From: Cyanobacteria bacterium auto_48_18
Lineage (GTDB): Bacteria; Cyanobacteriota; Vampirovibrionia; Obscuribacterales; Obscuribacteraceae
Direction: 5' to 3'
Length of the DNA: 64,000 nt
Assembly: GCA_036170915.1 (NCBI GenBank)
Contig: JAVHQC010000034.1
Location: 32,001-96,000, forward strand
Numbering within the stretch: position 1 is the first letter of the stretch; the number at the start of each line of letters is the position of its first letter. Of the stretch, positions 57,481-64,000 are shown one piece after another. The notes below the pieces were generated by a model. That model was not told the origin of the DNA. It did no database searches and saw only the letters and a list, made by a program, of their open reading frames with translations. A program made the translations under genes and the position numbers.

Positions 57481-58998
57481 TTAAAAACGGATGCCCATGC
57501 CATTGTTGTAACCACCATATCCACCACCGTATCCGCCGTAGCCGCCGCCGTTATACAAAGAGCCGCCATAATTGTTATAGCCGCCAGTGTTGAAATTCAT
57601 CATGCCTGAACTCATAGAGCCGGCAGCCATCGTGGCCGCCGCGCCTAGAGCTTTAGCCAGGCCACGCAAAAGAGGATGCCCGTTCTTTTGTTGATTTTGT
57701 GCCGCACCAGCGGTGGTGCTATTTTCGGTTGCCTGACCAGTCTGATTGTATTGCTCGGCAGCGGCTGGTTGATAGCCTTGCGCCGCTTGCGCTGGTTGGT
57801 AGGCTGGAGGCTGATATGCGGATGGCTGTTGATATCCTGATGGCTGTTGATATGCTGCTTGTTGCTGATAACCGGCTTGTTGACCGTAAGCTGGCTGCGT
57901 AGCGTATGCATCAGGTGAAGCTAAATTTTGCAGATTCTGCTGGCTGGGCATATGAAACCCCGGGCCAGGGTTGTAGGAAGTTTGATAATTTGACGGGTAA
58001 GCAGGTGGTGCTTGCGGTGCATGACTAATACCGTACTGCTGTTGTGAATTGTACTGGCTTTGAGCTGATTGACCAGGATAAGTATGAACAGATTGACCGG
58101 GCTGACCAGGCTGACCAGGCTGACCAGGCTGACCAGGGTAATTAGCTGACCGGCCACTATCGCTGTCACCGCCCATGGCTGTGACACCAGGCCCGGTGCC
58201 TTTGGTCAAGTGCACGGCATTAGTAAGAGTATCCAGCTGCTCCTTAATTCCGGCATTGGTATCAGGCGGTTGATTGGCAAAAACAATGCCTTCTAAAGTT
58301 TGCACTCTTTCAATTAATGGCTTGGAATTGTAGGTTTGACCAATTACTTTATTTTCTAGCCATTCTACTGCGCTCAAATACTGGCGTTCGACACTGGGTG
58401 ATAAAGTCTTTTCCCAATACTGCTCAAGCTTGTCGGTGCGCGCGCTTAAATCGTCATCTTTACTTGGTTTACCAAAAGCCTTGGTCTCGAGTTGTGAAAG
58501 CCTTGAAGCCAGTGGCATCTGCTTATATTTTTGTCCAAAAATCAGCTGTTCCAGTTCGTCCACACGCGGATAATCAGTGCTTGCCAGAGCGGCACTGTCT
58601 GCAGCGGAAATATTGCGAGAATTTCCGCTATTGCCGCTATTTCCTGGGGCACCACCAACGGTGTTATTACCACCATCACTTGAGCCGCTTGTTCCGCCTG
58701 GTGTGGCATCAGCATCGGCCACTACTTTTTGCAGGTCGGCTAAACGAGTACTATCGTCTCCAGTTTTAGCTTCGCCGAAAACCAGTTTTTCAATACGTGT
58801 CAGCCGCTCTTCTTCTGTATCGGTGGGGTAAGTGTGCTGGAAGAAATGACCTTCTAGTTTGGTCAAGGCATTAGAGTCTGCCCAGGCCGGTTGGCCGCAC
58901 CACTGGGTCAGCGCAAAAAAGGCAAGTGTTGCCGAGAGGCCCGCTGTTAAGGCCAATTGCTTATTTCTGGAGCTTGTCTTGATTTGCTTTTTGAACAT
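57481..58998 (-). CDS. Exported protein with three ~50-aa helical repeats and a Q/P/Y/G-rich low-complexity C-terminus
   Basis: Signal peptide (AWA); repeats LE..xFGxxY......RL..LE...FG; (PGQ)n; YQQP repeats; GGYGG tail. Confidence 0.75.
   Translation of the reverse strand: MFKKQIKTSSRNKQLALTAGLSATLAFFALTQWCGQPAWADSNALTKLEGHFFQHTYPTDTEEERLTRIEKLVFGEAKTGDDSTRLADLQKVVADADATPGGTSGSSDGGNNTVGGAPGNSGNSGNSRNISAADSAALASTDYPRVDELEQLIFGQKYKQMPLASRLSQLETKAFGKPSKDDDLSARTDKLEQYWEKTLSPSVERQYLSAVEWLENKVIGQTYNSKPLIERVQTLEGIVFANQPPDTNAGIKEQLDTLTNAVHLTKGTGPGVTAMGGDSDSGRSANYPGQPGQPGQPGQPGQSVHTYPGQSAQSQYNSQQQYGISHAPQAPPAYPSNYQTSYNPGPGFHMPSQQNLQNLASPDAYATQPAYGQQAGYQQQAAYQQPSGYQQPSAYQPPAYQPAQAAQGYQPAAAEQYNQTGQATENSTTAGAAQNQQKNGHPLLRGLAKALGAAATMAAGSMSSGMMNFNTGGYNNYGGSLYNGGGYGGYGGGYGGYNNGMGIRF
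58101..58136. repeat. 9-bp tandem repeat (GCTGACCAG) x4 encoding PGQ units on the minus strand
   Basis: gctgaccaggctgaccaggctgaccaggctgaccag. Confidence 0.85.
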
Positions 58999-59178
58999 GA
59001 GAAAGCCGATTATAGCGTATGCATCTGGCCCTGCTTGCCAATGATGGCGGGAAATCAGGTGGTAAGCCGCGGCGGATAAAAACTGGTTAACATTGTCTGG
59101 TATACTACGGCGAATATTATTGCCCGCCTTGCCAAACTGTTATAAAGGGTTACCTTCAGATAGATTGTGGAGTAGTTC

Positions 59179-59844
59179 ATGTCCGAAAGCTGGGAAGAAC
59201 TGGTGGCTCACGCAGACCAGGCCTCTGATCAAAACCAGTTTGAGAATGCCAAAAGCAGCCTGGAAAAGGCGCTTGAATTGGCTAACGATTTTCCTGCTCG
59301 AGACGCACGCCTACTGACTAATTTGCAGAAACTGGCGGAAGCCAGCCACCGGTCTGGCCACGACGATCTGGCCGAAGAACATTTGAAGCGGGCTATTGCG
59401 GTCACCACGGCACAATTTGGCCCTCATTCTAAGAATGTGGCTGATGTTTCCAATCAACTGGCTAGCCTGTATTACGAGAAAAAACGTTTCGCCGAGGCTG
59501 AGACTATTTGCCGCAAAATAGTCAGCACTTACGAGAAAAGTTTGGGCTCAAAGCATATTGAAGTAGGCAAGGTGGCGCAAAATTTGGCCATGATTTTGCA
59601 AGAGCAAAGCAAACTTGACGAAGCAGAAAAGTTCTATGAAAAATCGCTGAGCATCATGCGTGAGCATGCAGGGCCTTTTGATTCAGACATCATTTCACTG
59701 ATGGAAAATTACGCCAATTTGTTGCGAAGTTCCGGACGCAGTGATGAAGCTGATCACCTGCAGGCTTGTGCGCTAGGCCGCGTTTCAGGCTCGTTGCGAT
59801 CAGTCACCAGCACTCGTTTGCCGCGGCTCGAGACACCAAATTAA
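59179..59844 (+). CDS. TPR protein (kinesin-light-chain-like repeats)
   Basis: GGAG RBS; repeats such as FGPHSKNVADVSNQLASLY, LGSKHIEVGKVAQNLAMIL. Confidence 0.85.
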   Translation: MSESWEELVAHADQASDQNQFENAKSSLEKALELANDFPARDARLLTNLQKLAEASHRSGHDDLAEEHLKRAIAVTTAQFGPHSKNVADVSNQLASLYYEKKRFAEAETICRKIVSTYEKSLGSKHIEVGKVAQNLAMILQEQSKLDEAEKFYEKSLSIMREHAGPFDSDIISLMENYANLLRSSGRSDEADHLQACALGRVSGSLRSVTSTRLPRLETPN

Positions 59845-59855
59845 TTTTGACCTGA

Positions 59856-60071
59856 CTAGTCTGGCCAGGGAGCCACAGCTTTCTGCTCTGCGCCCTGAAA
59901 TGGTCCTACGTGAGCCAAGATTTCGCCATACTGGGCATGGTCAGGGGCGTAGCGCAGTACAGCACTGCCCATAGTTCCATCATCGGCTTGAGCTTTTAAA
60001 TGCAGAACCACTGTGCCATCAGCTTCTTGCCAGCAAACACCAATTGATTGAGATAAATCTTGTTCGTCCAT
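59856..60071 (-). CDS. Small hypothetical protein
   Basis: 71 aa, SIG.....DGT.VLHL.A....G.A.LRYAP.H.QY.EIL.HVG......V.PWP; resembles a small uncharacterised family from memory. Confidence 0.65.
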   Translation of the reverse strand: MDEQDLSQSIGVCWQEADGTVVLHLKAQADDGTMGSAVLRYAPDHAQYGEILAHVGPFQGAEQKAVAPWPD

Positions 60072-60165
60072 ATTTTTCTCTTGATTGACCCACTTATTTT
60101 AAGCCAGTCGACTGCTCTGTTGCCGCTTAAGCTAAAATAGAGCTGGTTTTTGCAATACAGCCAGG

Positions 60166-61278
60166 ATGTGGCAAACTATGGCGCCAGACATGCTTCCCGA
60201 AATTCAGACTGGTTTTCTACACGCTTATTTCATTTATTCTGTGGCTGACTCGCTCAAGCTTAGCGCGGTGCAGCTCGCCCAGGGCAAGATGGAACAAGCT
60301 CAAATTAAACTGACCGATGTGCCAGCTCCAGAATATATAAAGTTTGCCGTTGTACCGCTTGTGGCTGAGCTTCCAGACATTGTCATTGATGGTCAAGCTG
60401 CCTCCGTGCGGGTAAAGCTCTATGATTATGGCTCTGTCGCCCTGCGCATCACTGTGGCAACTTCAGGCTCGTGGCAGAATTTCGCCGCACTGGCCAGACG
60501 GTTCAAAAATTCTCAAGAACTGCCAGTGCAGGCGCAGATGATTCTTGACGGCATACTCAAAGAGATTCAACCCGCCATTTCGAAACCGCACAAAATTTTG
60601 CTGGAAGATTATTTTGTCAGCGAAGTGCAAGAGTTTAAAGGTGCTGTCACCTCCTCACAGTTGTTGAACGATTACCGTGTGCCTTTGTCGAGTCTCGTAG
60701 CTGGTGAAGAGCGCGCGCTTTCGCCTGCTGAGCAAGATGAAGTATTGAAAGTCAATTTCAGTTATATGGAATGCGAACTGGCGGTGCTCACATGGGATAT
60801 AGCCTTTGTCTTCGATAATCGCGAAGGGGCTAATACCGTAGATAGTATTATCGAATTTGCCAATACCCAGTTGGTTGAATTGCGCACGTACGACAGTTTG
60901 CTTGATAGTTATCTCGATGAAATTTACAAATCGAAGGCTGAGCACATGCGCTCAAACTGGCTTCATGGCGGTAAAGTAGCCACCAGGCAAGCCGAGCGTT
61001 TACGCCATCTACTTGTAGATGTGCGCGAATTATCAGATAGGGCCAGCAATGCTCTAAAAATGATCGGTGACGCTTACTATGCCAGGCTTTATCGTGGCAT
61101 GGCTACCAGACTGAGCCTGGCGGAGTGGCAGCACCAGGTGGAAAGCAAGCTGGCAAGCGTCGGTGAGGTCTATCGCTTCACCCATGACCAGGCAGAAAAT
61201 GGCCGCAGTGAGTTTCTTGAGTATATGGTAATCGCGCTCATTACCATTGAGGTTCTGATGAATTTCTGGCACCACTGA
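60166..61278 (+). CDS. Hypothetical protein with C-terminal TM (RMD1/DUF155-like)
   Basis: ELRTYD..LD..L...IGDAYYARLY...W...VESKL...LEYMVIALITIE. Confidence 0.6.
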   Translation: MWQTMAPDMLPEIQTGFLHAYFIYSVADSLKLSAVQLAQGKMEQAQIKLTDVPAPEYIKFAVVPLVAELPDIVIDGQAASVRVKLYDYGSVALRITVATSGSWQNFAALARRFKNSQELPVQAQMILDGILKEIQPAISKPHKILLEDYFVSEVQEFKGAVTSSQLLNDYRVPLSSLVAGEERALSPAEQDEVLKVNFSYMECELAVLTWDIAFVFDNREGANTVDSIIEFANTQLVELRTYDSLLDSYLDEIYKSKAEHMRSNWLHGGKVATRQAERLRHLLVDVRELSDRASNALKMIGDAYYARLYRGMATRLSLAEWQHQVESKLASVGEVYRFTHDQAENGRSEFLEYMVIALITIEVLMNFWHH

Positions 61279-61286
61279 GGTGACAA

Positions 61287-61958
61287 GTGTTTTCTGGCCG
61301 CACCATTTTTCTAGTTTTGCTGCCACTGTTATGGTGCCCTTGTGCTTTGGCCGACTTTGACCCGACAGAAATTGAACGGGTTTATAAAGCTAGAAAGTAC
61401 GCCGAAGTAGAGCATATAGCTCGAGTGCGCATGGCTATAGATCCATACGATGTGCGGGCAAGATACTTTTTGGCCGGCGCACTCTTGCACCAGAAGAGGC
61501 CTCAAGAAGCGCTAATTCAGTACGAAGCCTGCATCAAGCTAGGTGGTGAAACTCCTCTGGCAAAAATGTCTCGCCAGGCAATAGCCAGCATTAAGCAAAA
61601 TCCAAAAGCTTTTACCGCACCAGCGAAAGTGGTGCCAAAAGTAGCCGTTCCTGCTGCACCGGTAGAAGACCCAGACATTGTAGAGCGCAAAGCCAGAGTG
61701 CAGAAAGAGTTAGAAGAAGCTCTCAATGTGCACCGCCGGGCAAAAGTGGAACAGTTGAATAAAATTGCCAATGACGAGCAAGACGCCATCGAAGCCGCTA
61801 ACACAGCCAGGCCTGAGCGCGACACGCTGATTCGCGCAGCGCTGGATGATGCCCAAGAAAAGCGGGCAAGACTGGAGCGCATTTATGCTGACATTGAGAA
61901 GCGAACCACTCAAGCGTATCAAGAACGCATCAGTGCTCTCACCAAAAGAAAAAAATAA
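61287..61958 (+). CDS. Exported TPR plus coiled-coil protein
   Basis: GAGG RBS, signal peptide (ALA), TPR DPYDVRARYFLAGAL, coiled-coil C-terminus. Confidence 0.7.
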   Translation: MFSGRTIFLVLLPLLWCPCALADFDPTEIERVYKARKYAEVEHIARVRMAIDPYDVRARYFLAGALLHQKRPQEALIQYEACIKLGGETPLAKMSRQAIASIKQNPKAFTAPAKVVPKVAVPAAPVEDPDIVERKARVQKELEEALNVHRRAKVEQLNKIANDEQDAIEAANTARPERDTLIRAALDDAQEKRARLERIYADIEKRTTQAYQERISALTKRKK

Positions 61959-61968
61959 ACCAGAGTAT

Positions 61969-63732
61969 CTATTCTTCTGTGGCTCGGGCAATAGCAAGAC
62001 CCGCTTTTACAAGCCCTGCTGGGCCGCCTTCGTACACTAAGAAGCGTTCTTGCCAGGCGGGGTCAAACTTAGCTTTATAGCTGCGCAAGCCTTTGTATGA
62101 GAAAAAACGATTAAGATGTTCGTAGACTTGATGCAAAGCTTTCTCTTCAAGGGGATCATCTGCACTTTCGCCAACGCCAGATAGAGCAGCTAAACCGAGG
62201 CTGAAATACTTGAAGTTTTCAGACTGCAATTGCGTTAAAAGCTTGGCGAAAAGATAATCCATCGCGCCGCTTGGTGCATCTTCGCCATGCCGCATCATGT
62301 CTATGGTGACTTCGCCTTCGGCGTAAGATCTGATTTGATTGACAAAAGCCACTGCCACACCTTGCGGGTTGCGCATGACAAACAAATCGTTTTCTTGTAA
62401 TTGTTCGCGGTCAAATTGACCAAGGCTGAACCCGCGTTCTCTTCGGCCAGGCAGGGCAAGCCATGCTTTTGAAACTGCTTCCACTTCGCTCAAAACTGAA
62501 TCGGCAATTGGTGGTGAGTATCTTTGCAGGACATAACCTTCTTTATCAAATTTTTTAACAACCGCTTTAAATGTCTTTTTGCTAGCTGTTTTTGCTACAA
62601 ATTGAGCTAAATCTATTACTCCATCTTCGCCCACTTTTACCGTCTTGAAGCCGTTCTCGTGATAGATTTCGAGATAATCTGGAGTAGTTTGTAGAAATGC
62701 TACTTGCCAGCCGTTTTCGTGGCAATGCTGCTTGAAGTCTCTGACTAAATCGTGCAATTTTTCTTTTGGCCCAGAGGCGTCGCCCAGCGCGATCGCCACA
62801 TTGAGTTCTGTCTTGTAAGCAATGAAGGCGTCTTTATCGCTGTTAAAATAGAACGATTTGTCGGGCAATAATTTAAATATATCAAGAGACGTACGGCCGC
62901 TCTGCTCAAGAATTGTGGCAGCCAGATCGTGTTCGAGTGGTTGAGTAAGAAGCTTATAGCGAATTGGTCTGAAGGCACTATATATGATGGCGGCACCAGC
63001 CATCATGCCAGATAGTTGCAATGACTCGATAAACCATTTGCCAAACCGCGTGTGCGGCGTAAGATCGCTATTGCCGGTGAGAGACAACTCTTTTATTGTC
63101 TGCAAGAAAGCTTCATTGAGCTGATAATTGACGCCAAGATCATTTTTGTCGAGCATGAAAAAGCCGACGCATCCGTAAAGAATCAACGCCACAAGAGAAA
63201 TGGAAATAATTTTGGCGGTTTCTAAAAACGACTCTTTTTCGCTTCGAACTGTAAAATGTGATTTGGTCGAGAGCAAGCATACGAGCGCGATCACAGTGGG
63301 CAGAGCTGAATATAAGGGCAATTGCAGCGCCAGTTGAGGATCTTGAAAGAAGTGAATGCGCTCGCTGCCTATTCTAGCCAGGAGCAAAATAAGTGAGAAG
63401 GTGGAAATAGAAAATGCCAGCCACCAGGCGGTGCGCTTGCGCTGATAAAGATTGATACTGAGAAAGATGAGCATGTAGCCAAAGGCAATGGTAAGCGAAT
63501 TGCTGAGGTGATAGTACTCGTACGGCACAAGCATATTGAACAAACGTGGGTGGTGCGAGAGTCGCACTACAAGCGGCTCCCAGGTGCCGGCCAGGCCGCT
63601 AAGTAGTGTGATGCTGGCGACGAACATCACCGGCCAGTTGATACGCTTAAAGTTTGCCTGAGCGGGCGCAGCTGGTTTTGCCTGAGGCAAAGACTGGGGA
63701 AAACTAGAATCATCTGGTTCTAGATCAGTCAT
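61969..63732 (-). CDS. mprF: Phosphatidylglycerol lysyltransferase-domain protein (MprF C-terminal/LysX-like, DUF2156)
   Basis: TM block then DKSFYF, ALGD..G, ERGFSLG, IDMMRH...APSGAMDYLF, SLGLAAL, GLRSYKAKFDP.W. Confidence 0.85.
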   Translation of the reverse strand: MTDLEPDDSSFPQSLPQAKPAAPAQANFKRINWPVMFVASITLLSGLAGTWEPLVVRLSHHPRLFNMLVPYEYYHLSNSLTIAFGYMLIFLSINLYQRKRTAWWLAFSISTFSLILLLARIGSERIHFFQDPQLALQLPLYSALPTVIALVCLLSTKSHFTVRSEKESFLETAKIISISLVALILYGCVGFFMLDKNDLGVNYQLNEAFLQTIKELSLTGNSDLTPHTRFGKWFIESLQLSGMMAGAAIIYSAFRPIRYKLLTQPLEHDLAATILEQSGRTSLDIFKLLPDKSFYFNSDKDAFIAYKTELNVAIALGDASGPKEKLHDLVRDFKQHCHENGWQVAFLQTTPDYLEIYHENGFKTVKVGEDGVIDLAQFVAKTASKKTFKAVVKKFDKEGYVLQRYSPPIADSVLSEVEAVSKAWLALPGRRERGFSLGQFDREQLQENDLFVMRNPQGVAVAFVNQIRSYAEGEVTIDMMRHGEDAPSGAMDYLFAKLLTQLQSENFKYFSLGLAALSGVGESADDPLEEKALHQVYEHLNRFFSYKGLRSYKAKFDPAWQERFLVYEGGPAGLVKAGLAIARATEE

Positions 63733-63735
63733 AGA

Positions 63736-63999
63736 TCAAGCCAGATCCTCCAGAATTTCTTCTGCCTTTTTATAGCGATTAGCAGTATCAAGTTTGGTTG
63801 CTTTTTCAATAATTTTTGCCAGCTTAGGGCTAGCTTCGTCAGGCCGCAGTTTTAAATTGGTTATTGGTTCAGGCTGTTTGCCCGTAGACATGAAAAAGAG
63901 CGTGGCGCCAAGTGAATAAATATCGCTTTGCCAGGTGGCTTTGCCACGAAACTGCTCAGGAGCAATGTAGTGAGGCTTGCCTACTACTGAGCCTGTAAC
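63736..63999 (-). CDS. Ser/Thr protein kinase, C-terminal end (gene begins beyond window edge)
   Basis: Not in the track. Hand translation [43 protein letters not shown]...[13 protein letters not shown]. Confidence 0.88.
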   Translation of the reverse strand, partial: VTGSVVGKPHYIAPEQFRGKATWQSDIYSLGATLFFMSTGKQPEPITNLKLRPDEASPKLAKIIEKATKLDTANRYKKAEEILEDLA

Positions 64000-64000
64000 A

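Overview
Bacterial chromosomal window, roughly mid-to-high 40s % GC by eye, rich in signalling genes. The gene repertoire (many Hanks-type kinases, DUF4388/DUF4384 and TPR proteins, BON and RND genes of a diderm) resembles Ca. Obscuribacterales/Melainabacteria; this is an inference, not a classification. The dominant feature is a 16.7-kb head-to-tail array (2859-19531, minus strand) of seven paralogous ~780-800 aa receptor-like Ser/Thr kinases. Each has two N-terminal Cys4 repeats, an intact kinase domain, one TM helix and a divergent C-terminal leucine-rich-repeat (LRR) ectodomain. A 13-bp inverted repeat lies directly before the first kinase, and a secreted HET-C/VWA7-like protein converges on the array's end. 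The left edge holds a beta-propeller/MoaD-ThiS/MoeB operon. The rest contains DUF4173, DUF429, GNAT, BON, DJ-1/PfpI, an M48 peptidase, tRNA-Arg(TCT), a hybrid histidine kinase, a two-permease CzcA/CusA RND cluster, a split pseudo-trypsin/DUF4388/DUF4384 protein with a DUF4384 partner, small membrane ORFs, a YheT-like hydrolase, TPR proteins, DCC1, a DUF4388-degenerate GGDEF protein, an OmpR/CHASE3 two-component pair, GDPD, an MprF-like protein and a partial eighth kinase. No CRISPR array, integrase, transposase or reverse transcriptase was seen. All family calls come from motif recognition, not database searches.
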